Below the pieces are notes generated by a model that worked only from the letters and a program-made list of their open reading frames with translations, ran no database searches and was not told where the DNA came from. Made by a program: the position numbers and the translations under genes. Positions 1 through 13,015 of a DNA stretch of 64,000 nt are shown piece by piece. How positions within the stretch are numbered: the stretch's first letter is position 1; every line of letters starts with the position of its first letter. This stretch comes from Trichoplax sp. H2 (taxonomy: Eukaryota): contig NOWV01000001.1 of assembly GCA_003344405.1 (NCBI GenBank), forward strand, positions 1,116,001-1,180,000, written 5' to 3'.

Positions 1-275
1 CCAAGTCTGTCGTGTGTACTTAACGATTGTGCGTTATACTTATGGAGGTACAGTACACTAGTATACTTTATACTGTATAGTTCATCTAATTTCTGTAGAT
101 TGAGAGTTGCATAAATAATACTACAAGAACCTACAGCATTAGATTGAAGATTAATATTATGTTTGTATAACTACTGGTTGATATTTCTTCTCTCACTGTT
201 TTACAAAATCTTATATGAGGATATCTTATTTTGCAGACAGTATAAGACTGTAGCTAATTGATATTAGAACCTTAC

Positions 276-1541
276 AGGTAATTTTGGTTTGAAAATCTTC
301 ACCACAGACTCGACATTCTACCAGACCAATGTTTTTAGTATGATCACTAAAGAAATAAAAAGAAGCATCCATTTAACTATAACATTATCATCCTGTACTT
401 GTATTCCTTTATTTGCAACTGAACATTTTGCCTAATACCACCAACAATTAATCCATACAATTCATTGACGTGATAAAAATGAAATACACATAATTTTATC
501 GTACTGTACATATTTTTTAAATGACATAAAAGATTGGTTGACTAGTTTAGATCGCATACGACTTATAGAATCGGTTTGTCTAGTCATGTATTGAGAATCT
601 AGTTCATATCTTTGCAGGCTTCAAGGGTATAAAAATACATTCGTGATATGACGTAGGATCGCAGTGTAACCAGAGTGATAAGCATGCCACCAATTTAATA
701 TTATTCTACATCATCGCTTTTCTTGCGATCTTTTGAAATAAACAATAAAGGTTTCATCACTTATCCTAGCCAAATTACTCTATCAACTACCAAATATGAA
801 ATGTTGCTAAAGGTTTAGAGTAGCTAAAATGGGTATAGTGGATATTGACTGCATTTATCACGGCATAGAGTAAGGGAATGTACGCGTTACCCAATCTGCA
901 AGTTGATTTATAGTTTGATCTATGGATAATGTTTGCTATCCGGAAACAAACTACGATTTCCAAGTAGTTTAGCGCGTTCCATAAACCATGAAGAGATATA
1001 TACGCATGCAATGAAGCTACGCTAATACTGTAAAGATGAATTTGTGTTCATAGACTATAGTGAAGGACTTTGTGAGATTCTCCAAACAAAACAATTTCTC
1101 AGGTTTTGGGGGGAATTTCTAACTTTAGGTTGATAGATGTATACTGTGGATGAAGACTGATGATATTGCAAGATTCGTTCGATTTCTGGGCAATCGTAAT
1201 GAATCATTTTATCACTAATACTGGCTCAATATTAGAATAGGTCCTATAGAGTCAATAATAACTTGAAAATCATTGTCTATATCCATCATAAAAATTCATC
1301 TATGCTATCCAATCCATCAGCCATCATGATTCAAAACAACCGAGTTGATCATCCCATACAATACATGCGGTCTATCGATTTGAGTGACTTTCTCGATCAA
1401 CATGTTGAGTATAATTTCAACTTACAGCTTAACATCACAAGATTTTTCATGATTGCAGAAAGGGCAAGTAAACTGAGTCTCCAATCCTCCAACTAGTTTC
1501 TTCTTTGGTGGAGGTTTTCGCTTGGATTTCCTTCTTCCCAT
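276..1541 (-). CDS. ELOF1: Transcription elongation factor 1 homolog (partial; last exon lies before position 1)
   Basis: Exons 1541-1426 and 346-276 (GT-AG) splice to [62 protein letters not shown]. This is the basic N-terminus plus CxxC...CxxC zinc ribbon of ELOF1/Elf1. The terminal YLSEP...WID exon was not found in 1-275. Confidence 0.95.
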
Positions 1542-1727
1542 CTTATTCTTGGAGTGGTTAGCGCAGCGCGATTTCAACTATGGAAAGGCACGTAGATTGA
1601 TTGTCCAAAGGGCATCGACTTTCGTTATATACTATTTTCTAGGGAATAAAGCGGTTACTTGCGTAGTACTACTCTACCTGTTTGTAGGCATGGACAACTA
1701 GGATATTCTAGTAGTCTAAAGTCTCTC

Positions 1728-1843
1728 CAGTTTAAAATGTCACCCCAGTCCGGTTTGCACTCTGGCAGTGCAAACGACTTCGTATACGAAGTCGTCCGCT
1801 ACAATACAACGGATGGAAAATTGGGGTGACATTTTAAATTGTA
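1728..1843. mobile_element. Short inverted-repeat (MITE-like) element with internal hairpins
   Basis: Arms 1728-1747 CAGTTTAAAATGTCACCCCA and 1822-1841 TGGGGTGACATTTTAAATTG match 19/20 as inverted repeats. TA follows the right arm; TC precedes the left. Internal hairpin at 1753-1775 and 22-bp perfect palindrome at 1774-1795. Confidence 0.5.
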
Positions 1844-2933
1844 ATCCGGTTTGCACTCTGGCAGTTCAAACGACTTGTAGTGTACTGGTACAGTACATGT
1901 ACTGTAGACCTCCCGGATAAAAGTACTGTAATCATGTTGATATTATAGTAGGTTACTCAAATCTGTCCAGTAACTTGTCTGTCCGTATGCGTTTTTCCTG
2001 ACGAAAAGCGATTGTCATTCGGCTAGTCGAGTCTAATCGAGGATACAGTATCAAACAGCGCAATACGATACAGTACAGTGTATGGCATTTGATGTACGTT
2101 CAAAAGTGTAATTTCTCGCTTAATGTCAGTTTTGAAATGAATATTTGAATATTTTTGATCGTTGGCAATTTCTCACTAATTTCAAGTATCGAAATAGTAT
2201 AGTTGATACTGTTCTTTTTGTAGAACCGAAACATTTAGCAGCTTATTGCTTTTAATGCGGAATATTTGGACTTTAAAGTAGGATAATGAGTGAAAAACGC
2301 CATTTTGTGTTGATCTGAATACTAATGACATCCCTTTTAAATCAAAACTAGTCTGCATTCGAAAGCAAATCATGACCATATTTATCTCTTTTACAATAAA
2401 AATATTGCTTATCAATATGAGTAATGGCTGAGATCTTGCGGAAGATGAGAAATTACTAAAGCATTTGAATCATTTACCAACAGGTTACCTATCCAGAAGC
2501 GATCAATAAGATAGTATAAAAATACAACTACTAAAATCCATTATGCCTCTTTAAAGTCAATATGCTTCATGATAGAAAGTATAAACTCTTTATAATTGAT
2601 CAACTACAAGACGAATAAGACTGAGTATTATAGGCAAGACATACTAAATTAACGAAAAATTCCAAATTATCCAAATATTCGGATAGCTTTAAAAGGAAAT
2701 GAAGCAAGAAATTACCATTCTGAAGGTACGCAAGATCCTATAGGTTAGACTCTATCGCATCAAACTGTTTGATACTGCCACCTTCAATTAGACTAGACTT
2801 ATTTTAGGGTGGGGGTGATTCAAACACAGACGGACAGAACCCGCCAGATATTGAACTGAACAAGATACAGGCAGCGCGTGCAAAAGCTCGCCAAACCAAG
2901 ATCCTCTAGCTCAAGCTTCCTGCTAACCAGCTC

Positions 2934-5900
2934 ATGGCCATGGCTGAGATTCAAGAAATTGCATTTATTACGGAATCAAACGGTCATTCAGGCTGTATTT
3001 CTGCATGGAATTTCCATACCGGTATACAATATAAAAGTTATAAAAATGGATGTTGCGCCAAGCATGCCCTTGCAGTGACCGACAGCTATCTCCTTGCTGC
3101 ACAACCTGGTCAAGCGCTGATCCATGTTTGGTCCGTTAGCAAAGTAAGTGGTTGAATATGATCATTAATACAGTAGACGTTATTCGACTGATATTAGTTA
3201 AGAACTTACGACAACGCTAGAATACTGGATAGCTTGAATGTTGGCACTTCATTAATTCTAGCATGCTTAAAGTTGATTGCTATCATGTACTGCACATCAT
3301 CGAATCATAGCATTACGATCTGCCTGAAAAATTGTCGTTTGCTGTAGTAGGAGATTTAATGTGCTTGTAGTTGATGACATTTTACTTCTTCTGTGTATGC
3401 AGCAAGATTAATATCGAATATCACAATACGAGTACTCCTATTTTAACACCAGTTTGTATGCAAAAGTTATTAAATGTTAATCATAATATCACGGTTTCAT
3501 ACTAATGTTACCCAGCTATAGCTGTGCTAGAAGATTTGATATTTTACTGCACGTTACCTCATAGATTCATACTTATATGCTAGTATTAGGAGTATAGTAT
3601 TATCCACCGGCAATAATATTAAAATATTACTTAATGAAATTGAATGATTCTCTCTGTTTTTAACTTTTTTATGCCTAAAATTAATAATAATACAGGCATA
3701 ATCGCCTTACTCACCTGCTGTACATCAGTGATTTAGAATCATTCAGAGTCAAATTGTATCTTATTATAGATCTAGAAGCAGTATGTATGCGTATACTATA
3801 CTAGTATGTTGTATAGTAGTAAAGGCGATTATTTCAATTATTATACAAAATACATATTCATTCCTATATTAGGAGCAGCTTCATATGAAGATTGCTTGCC
3901 CAGGTAAAATTACAGCTTTGGCTTGCAGCCATGACAGTGCGTATTGTGTCGCTGCTATTGAAGAAAAAGTTTATGTTTGGCAGGTAACTTTGACAGCTTT
4001 CATATCTTAAATGTATGCGTAGTTTTATTGACTCATGCGCAAGTCTGGTTTTCTGACATACCGTGCTACTTCTTCAAATCTTATGTAACAGCTATCAACT
4101 GGTAATTTACTGTCAGTACTATCTCGCCATTACCAAGCCATTCGATGCATTCGCTTTGTCGATGATTGCTCACATTTTATCACCGGTGGTGATGATGGAC
4201 TTGTCATTGCATGGAGGCTTGCAGAGTAGGTCTATCTACGCGTATAAGTTACCAATAGGCCACTACCTACGCCTTAACAGTTAACCTCATTTTTTTAACT
4301 ATTGTAATCTAATTTCTCATCATTATGATCATGCTCATACTTCATTAGCGTCATTGCTATTGGGAATCAATTCGAAACCGGTAATCGATTAAAATCTCCA
4401 AGGTATGTTTGGTCTAATCATTCTCTACCGATTACAAGTATATTTACCGGATTGGGTGGCTACCAGTCGCGTATTGTGACTACATCCAAGGATCAAACTT
4501 GCAAGGCAAGGAGTTGTGTCACTTGTTTTAAATGATCATATTATATTAGTTTACATTGTACTTTAGTTTTCGATCGCTAAAAAAGTTGTGTAGACCTACT
4601 AATGGAATAATATAACGTACTTACTACTATACCTTAAATAATCATTTTTAGCTTTGGAATCTAGCTGATGGTCAGCTGCTATACTCATTGGTATTCACTT
4701 CTATAGTGTCATCAGCCTTAATGGATTCTATCGAAGCCAACTTATATGTTGGTACATCCAAAGGGAAAGTCTATCGTATAGACTTGTATTCTATGGTAAA
4801 GAAAGCTTATAATTTGATTTGCAGTTAGTAACTTTAACTTAAAAAAGTGTACGTCTTGTCAAATTCTTTAATTTAAGAGGTACCAATTGTCCTTAACACA
4901 ACACTTATAAATAGTTTACAGGAATAGAACAACACATAGACGATGATCATACTCAAGTTGTTAATGGACATAGGTATAGGCCAAAATTTGCTTGTATAGA
5001 GATTATTTCAATAGTTAAAGTATAACAGATGTTAGCGTACACTGAATATCTATCAATGCATAACATAAATACAAAAACTGAAGTCATAAAAATTCAATTA
5101 ATGCTATACGTATATTTTTACAGTGATGCAGTCAACTGTTTAAGTACCTCTATGGATGGGAATCTATTATTATCCGCGTCTGAAGACTGCACTGTTAAAT
5201 TATGGCATACATCCGGCTTTCAATGCATAAAGATAAATCAATTGAAAGGTCTATAGGAGCTTTTTTCAAATTCTTTGTTATGTGGTCTTACGAGTACTTT
5301 GTTAAAGCAGTACATTACATGGTGCAAATGTTAATATAGGCTATATTGCTTATAACTACAATCATTTTGTTATAATAGGTCCCATTACCAATTTAGCTTT
5401 TACTACTGCCCCTCATACGGCAATTAGACCGAAGGATTTACGAAAGCAATGTTTACCACCTTTGAAACCTTTTAAACGTTATTTATATGATCCAAATGCT
5501 GCGATCGATGTAAATATGTCGACTGTTCAAGGGATGAAATTGTTAGCTCAGGATAGCGTAGATGTGTTATTAAAAGGAAATACTAAGGTAATTTTTCTTT
5601 CAGAATTATCAGTGATTTATACTTCATTTTTAAGTAAATAAATTATGAGGTATTAACTTCCTTTTGTTCTCAAATTTGCTGGTCTAAGGATATTTTCCAT
5701 TTACAAGGTTAGCATGGATAAAATTTATCTTACGATAGTTAACTTTACTACTGTTAGTTAATCTCTCATCACTTCTTTTATTTATCATGCGTAGATTTTT
5801 CATCTAACTCTGGAAAAAATGACAAATTAGAGCGGAAAATTGTTAATGATGCTATGGTAAGATATAATTTATTAATATACATGTCAAAATAATTACGATG

Positions 5901-6099
5901 TAGTTTAGTGCTGTAATATCTGTGATTGCTGTTTATGATTTAGGAAGCCGTTAGTCGTGAGCGAAAAGATAGTAAAACAAATCTCAATGAGGAAGGAATA
6001 CAGAATTCTTCTCAATTGCAGGAAGAAATTAGTAAACTTCGAGAAATTAATAAAAATTTTTACTTGTTTGCTGTAAACGAATTATTTGAACGCAACTGA
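2934..6099 (+). CDS. WDR18: WD repeat-containing protein 18 (Ipi3, Rix1/rixosome subunit), ~461 aa
   Basis: Exons 2934-3143, 3873-3983, 4092-4225, 4349-4505, 4652-4795, 4915-4973, 5124-5248, 5379-5587, 5689-5707, 5795-5856, 5944-6099 join in frame. WD motifs include [45 protein letters not shown] and [22 protein letters not shown]-terminal coiled coil [19 protein letters not shown]. Confidence 0.92.
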
Positions 6100-6506
6100 A
6101 AGCGAATTCATAGTCTACTATAGCTTAATTACCAGAACCGAGAACAAAATATGAAGGTATTTACATCCACAACGTACCATTGCAAACGTTTCAAACAATA
6201 AATAAATTAACTATTCCTTTACACTGCAAATAGTCTATATAAAATTATAAGTAATTACATGTAACATGCTATGCATTATGGACATATGAAAACACTTACA
6301 AAACAGTTTGACTGTTATGTAAACTGTAATAAATATAATTTAGACAATTTTTTCATGTCTGATATTCATGTAGGATATTGTACATTTTATTTTATTCTTG
6401 TACTCAATCATGTTAAGCTAGAGGCTTACTGTATACGAATAGTACTTGTAATTATTACATGGCATAAAACAATACTGTGTGCCATTTTACGATATAAACG
6501 AATAAA

Positions 6507-9500
6507 TCACACTGGAATTGGATTTTCTTCGAATGTTGTATTTGGAGAAGCCGGTGCAATTTCATACTCGTTTTGGCTTGTTGGACGCTTAATTATTTTA
6601 CATAGATTCTTAAGCTTAGTCAAGAAGTATTCACCAATTTCAAGCATGGTTAATACACTGGCTCCGATGAAAAGACCTAATTGACCGCCAATGTCACCTA
6701 CGTAGTTTAATCAGTAATTATGATTCCAGTTCGTCATCAGAATGGTAAAAGATTGAGTTATTTGCATGGGTACATGATAAAATAGAGATCCTACACTCAA
6801 ATACTATCAAGACTGAGAGCTCATGATTGCCTTTTACGCATTGTTATCGCGTACAGTGAAGTTATTTTATAATATATTCGTTAGCGATATAAGTTAATGT
6901 ATAGTTATATGGAAGGTAATTTTGTAACTAAGGTAATTCATTAATATTTAGCTTACTTAAGAAAGCGTTAAAGGTGTAGCCCAATTCCTGTATTGCTGTG
7001 TTGTATCTCAATCTCTCGAAGAATATATCAAGGAATATATAATTCTTTCTATGCAACGGAAATTTGAAATAAGCTTTAGTATACTTTATCCTCTAAGTCG
7101 ACTTTAACATCATAAAGTTTAAAAGGGTATCTGTCAAGTTATACTTGACTATCATATCACTTTAATACTAGAATAGTTCGATTAAGAAGAGTGGTTTTAA
7201 ATTTACAGTACTGATATTTACAATAACTTAGCGTAACTAGTAACCCTTAAAAGGTCCTACATCATTGAGCTTGTCAATCATGCAGGATAACAGAGTGAAG
7301 GCCAGAAATTTAGTTTTAGTGTTATAGTTAACGCAATTAATACTGCTTTTAACAAAATACAGTATAGAAATACTGATGAACAGTTATTCTAAAGGACTTG
7401 AACCCTTGCTTAAGTAAATTGCGTTGACTACAGTTGTATAAAAGTACTTGGAAATTGATCTTCATATTTCATGCTGTATATTTAATGATATTTTTTACAG
7501 TTATGAAATATTAGACTACTTGTTATAAGGTACCGAGTGTATCAGATATAATGTAGCTTGTTTTTGCGAATGAATTATGATACCTCATGTATCTGGAAAT
7601 GGATGAATTTAGTACTCTATTAGCATCTACTTCATCCAGGTTCAAGCCAAAAAGTGGTGCTTCTTCTGATGTTATCGTTTCAGTTGGTGTCATGGAATAG
7701 CTCACCGCTGGATCATACGAAGTCCACAAGCATGCTGTTGGACAATAGCAGGAACTATTGTTTATTTCTTCTAAATAAAATGAAAAAAATAGAGAGGTAT
7801 GAGCTTATTTTTCATCCTTTTGCCGATCACACAAAATGCTGTTAGAGAATTCAGTAGGTAAGAAGTTATTACAGATGAGTCAGAAATGTACAGATTAGTA
7901 CACGTATCTTGTGCATTACTTACCAATATTATTAGTCATACACTGATTAATTTGATGCGCTGTACAGAAAGGAGCTGAACCTTTAAAAATGATAGTGTTG
8001 TCTTCATGAATGGAATAGAATATTTTTGTAATGCATCTAAGCTATTAGACGCCGCTTTATCCGTAATTCGTTGCGATAAACTGGCATAAAGAAAGGTAAC
8101 TCTATCCTATATGATTACCTGGCATATAGAGAGCTCGACATCCACATACTTCAATACTTTTGTTGGTTTTGCATTCTAATTTACAGCCACTACGTGTATA
8201 ATGATCATAGTATTGAAGTGGGCGACTATCACATTTTCCGATTGGTTTCCTTAAAAATTTAGCCTTAAATAGCAGAGCGATGTAATGGTGAATATCTATT
8301 AATTCTTTTTAAGTTTGATAGATAATTAGTATGATCGCTCATTTTAATTAATAACATCGCTTTTACATAATTAATGAGAGCTTCATACCTATCCCAGAAC
8401 AAAATGCGGTAGAAATGTTAATTTAATACTAATGGAGCCACATTATTGGCTACTGTTATTACGATAATCTTATCAATATTAAAAGAGGAGTTCTAGCATG
8501 GTACATGGCTCAATTTTAAACTACTGTAAATACAGATCATGCAATTAGTTATCAGGATATCATAGCAGCCTATAGGTTAAATGTGCAGAGGTTACAACTA
8601 ATATAAAATTAGTTTCAGTTCATTTGATATCAAATATTGTATAGCTAGGTGCTGTTAAAATTACGCAATTGAGTACACTATGAAAGCTAATATATGCTAG
8701 GAGGGTTACAAGGCAATTGGAGCACGAAAAATATCGCAATCATGTATTTGATCTCAATACCCGAGTTTAGATATGATATTCTAGCATATTCTCCTACCTC
8801 ATTATATTTTAAACGAACATAAGCATGATACCCAGGTGGTATTGCAACTCCTTGAGCCTCAATATCGGCTGGCTCATCAGGCTCGTGAATACGAAACTTT
8901 ATCCCAACATCCGGCTCTGGATTCATTGTTGTATATTGATCGGCCTCAACATTGAAAGCCAGACGTAGACCATGAGATCTGCCAATTCGTTTCTGATATA
9001 ATGCTTCATTATCAGCAGATTCTAAATGATTAATATCGGTCAGTTATCTAGTAATTTATTGGTTACTGATTAAGCAATGGGTAAGATATTGTTAACTTCG
9101 TAAATAAGGGGAATTTAACACCTCGATATGCTTGAATTTTTGGCCTAGCTATACAGTACAATGAAATTAAGACTTTCTAGTATCATAGTAGATATGATCC
9201 AAAACGTAGAAATACCGTAGATTGACGGATTAATTAAGTTACAAACTAATCTGCTAACAATTTTACGAAATCAAAGTATATTTTTCTGATTAATAAAGAA
9301 AGGTGCAGTGATAGATTACTTACGTCCATTAAAAAGGAAGCAGTTGCCATATTTTGTATAAGTTAGAGTAAAGTTTTCAGCAGAACATGAATGAGGTTGA
9401 TTATCCCAGTTACAATATCGAATCAACGTTTGGCGCTGTATGCCAACCTTTGATAATAAATCTAAATCATCGTTAGTATTGCGAGAATAATTGACGAGGT

Positions 9501-9999
9501 CGTTTCTGAAACTAAATTCACTCCTTTTAGATGGTGCTTGTGGTGCATTCATTAAGCGCAACAAATATTGTAGACGATAATAATTGCTTTCATTAATAGT
9601 AGAATTACGAAATCGATTAAAGTTACAAATAGTAACGGTAGGAAATCGTATCCGCGGTGGTATCTCATTTTTAATGACAATTTTAGTTGGATTACTGATT
9701 AAATAGATCATTCGATCGGCGCATTGAATAATGCAAATTGTAGCCATAGCAAGAGTAAGAAATACCCAACTTAAACGACGTAGTTTTGGGGTCTCATCAT
9801 CAAAGACGTGACTAATACCATGGCATGATGTCCTTTTAGCAAAATCTTCTTCATGCTGATATGAAATATTGAGTGGGCTCTGTCGTTGTGAGAAAAAATC
9901 ACTATCTTGTGATTGATCTTTCGTGCTTGTCGTAATAGTAGTTATTGTACTAAAATCAACACTTGGCTTTCGTGGCCTTTGCTGGAAATTTCTATCCAT
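6507..9999 (-). CDS. ASIC-like DEG/ENaC channel subunit, array copy 1 (~523 aa)
   Basis: Exons 9999-9324, 9021-8798, 8263-8119, 7980-7924, 7770-7584, 7048-6957, 6697-6507 join in frame. HG motif (TSCHG), TM1, FPTVTICNFN, YGNCFLFN, GLRL, 10-Cys thumb, TM2 [14 protein letters not shown]. Confidence 0.95.
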
Positions 10000-12398
10000 A
10001 CTCTTCTGTCTAATTTCGTTTTTTTTATTAATATTTATATTTTCTTCTCAGTTCTATTTATTTTATACCGGTATTTTATGCTATAGCTACGGGGGTTGAA
10101 ATAAGTGAAGCGCTTGTGGGTTCTAATTGGAAATGAAATAAAATCGATATCTTCAATCGACGAAAGAGAATTAATGGTATTACGGAGCTGGCAGGATTGA
10201 TAAAGTCGAATCTTAATTTCTTGATTAAAAGCGACTAGAATAGAGGATAAATGTTGCCAAGGAAGGTTAAGAATAACGACGACATCAAGGTATGATGTAG
10301 ATTTTCAATTGATAGACGATGATAGAAGATTTAAGGCTGATCTTGATTAATGCTACAGAGGATCAATAGAGAATATAATTTCCTTTTTCAAACTATTATT
10401 TACTGAATGGTATTAGTGTGTAGAGTAGAGAATAAATTTTCTAGTTCCGATTAAAAACGATGGTTAAAATGGATATCGCTAATTGACAGAAAATAGAGCG
10501 ATTAAGATGGTTGCTTCCAAATGTTGGATACAGTCAGTTTTAAGACTTGATAGGCTTTGGCGGTTGAATAAAATGATAAGCTTTGTCAATTAAGATTAAA
10601 AATGATGATATCAAGTTTTAAACCCAGATTTTTAGTCGATGAAGGGGATGGATGGATTACTGGAGGGTGGATCAATGCTAGATAAAATGGTTTAAAACGG
10701 TGTCTTCGTAACGCTCTTTCATATGCTGCAAAGTAACAGGAATAAAAACTGAGGCTAAATTTACCGCTTTAAAGTTAAAGATGAGAATGGCAGTATGTGG
10801 AAGAAAGGCTTATATTAAAATCCTTCGATTATGACTGTATAATCTTGACTATTGCAAAGCAATAGCTATTATAAAGATAAGATTTACCAACTTAGATCGA
10901 AAATGATATATCAGGATAAGGAATTGATGAAAGGTTGAAGTACAATATTTTTCAACCAAGGAATTTTGTTAGCGAACAAAAATTAGAAGTAGGCTCGTAT
11001 TTCAAAATGTTGAAGGCAGTTATAGATAGCTTGAAAGAAAGTAACCATCATGATGATTCAATTTATCTGCAGGATTGATGGTATTTTGTCAATATAATCA
11101 CCATAAAACTATCGTTAAATCGTCAAAGAATTGACAGTTACTGGTACTAAGTTAAATTTCTTGACAGACAAAACGAATATTCCCTTGATCAAATGGAAAA
11201 ATTGTTTATCTTTTAGAGAGCTTCGATCTTGATTAAAATGAATTTTATCGTTGTTCAAGGCCTCATATCCATGAAATCAAGATTTCTAGAATCGTAAATA
11301 TATAAGTAATCAATCAATTGAATTTTAATAACTATCAAAAATTACAACTAGGAAAGATATTGTATCATCTATGTTTGATAATTTTCTAGGGAGACTATCA
11401 GTGAATTATGATCTTAATATCAAGATTTAATATGGTAAGGTAACATGAGATCATTTGTTATAGCTTCTGATAGATTTGAACTAAATGTTTGTAAAATGAA
11501 GATTAATTACAGTCAGATAGAATAAGAGGATATTTTCTTGAATAACATTGATTAATTGATTGATGAAATACCACAAGTATTCTAGTGATTGTTGAAATAA
11601 ATATCATCAGCTAAATTTTATAACGCATTACCGTACGACTTAAAAGACGGAAGCAACTCAGATTCATGCAAGACAAACTGCTCATATTACCTAAATAAAA
11701 TGATCAAGTGATTAATAACCAACAATATCGATATCCTTAGTCGTTTTACTGTATTTCTATTTCAAAATTTCATCGTCATGACTGGTCAAAACAATGTCTA
11801 CGACTAAGAATTCATTATTCAAGAAGGGACAATGCCCCGTCTTAATATCAAATTAAGTGGTATGATTTTCACTATGATGCAAGGAAAAAAAATTTGTTTA
11901 TTTTGTGCCCACATGTTGATTAAGATATGTTACCAGAAATATAGAGGGATAGCAATTGATTACGTTTCGTCTGCCATAGATATAAAAATCCACCAATATC
12001 GATAACCATCTGGTGTTATTGATATAATTGGATTCTTAATTGTATTTTTTATGCGTCATCACATATCCAATTCGAATTCTATCATCGGCTTTCATAGCAA
12101 TCAATCCATTCATGTTTACATATTTATTCTCCATAGAGCGTTCCTCCCACTTAGCTTACTGCTATTTCCGTCTGGATAGCGGCCTAGTTAGAGTAGTTGG
12201 GTATGGAGTACGGTATAGAAAATTCGCTTAGAATTGGTTTATATCTTGGCTGAATTATATCTTTACTTACCAATAAATTCATATTATGAATCTTATCTAA
12301 CAAAACTAGATAGGCTGACTAGATAAGAAAGCAATAGTCGGCGTTGATTGGTAATAAAAGTAATGAATTTTAACCACATGTTATCATCACGTTGTAAT

Positions 12399-13015
12399 TA
12401 GGTGTTGGCATCCGGGGTCAATTCTTTTCGATCAGTTTATATTTGTTGTAATGGATAAGTAATTTGATATTGTTGTCACCCTGAGTAGGTGTTTGCATCC
12501 GAGGTCAATTTGTTTTGATCAGATTTACTCGGCTACAATTGAGAGTTTGAGCGTGGTAGATAGTAAATTTAACTATAATTCTACAGCTTAAGCATGTATA
12601 ACAAATAGTCAATATAGAATAAACTTATTCCGTTCTAAAATCGATTTTGATATTATATATCTTATCTAGCCAAGTCAAGCAGGTTAGATTAGAGACAATC
12701 GCTCACAATCGTATCTTATTATCATTGCTTTGTTATTAGATGTTAGATACTTAGCGTCAACTAATCATGATCAATTATCAATTAATATAAAATTAAGATA
12801 GAATGTCTATGTTTTAAAATTGGCTCTGATTAATATTTTAACAGTTTCATTGCCCGCTCCGATTTTATGCTTTCTTATCCTATCTGAGCAACTAGAATAA
12901 ACAGGCTAGATAGGAAGTTTCATACACTGATTAAAATTGGAAACTATCGATTATCAATTGAATTTTATCATCAAATTTCAGTGTACATCCGGAGTCAATC
13001 TATCTTGATCAGTTC
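12399..13015 (+). repeat. Three diverged copies of a ~35-40 bp motif
   Basis: Copies at ~12399-12440, ~12486-12527 and ~12981-13015 share CATCCGRRGTCAAT-N(5-6)-YGATCAG. Confidence 0.6.

Noticed and set aside
6271..6684. 137-aa + strand ORF
   Set aside because: Antisense to the last exon and 3' UTR of channel 1; no recognisable motif.
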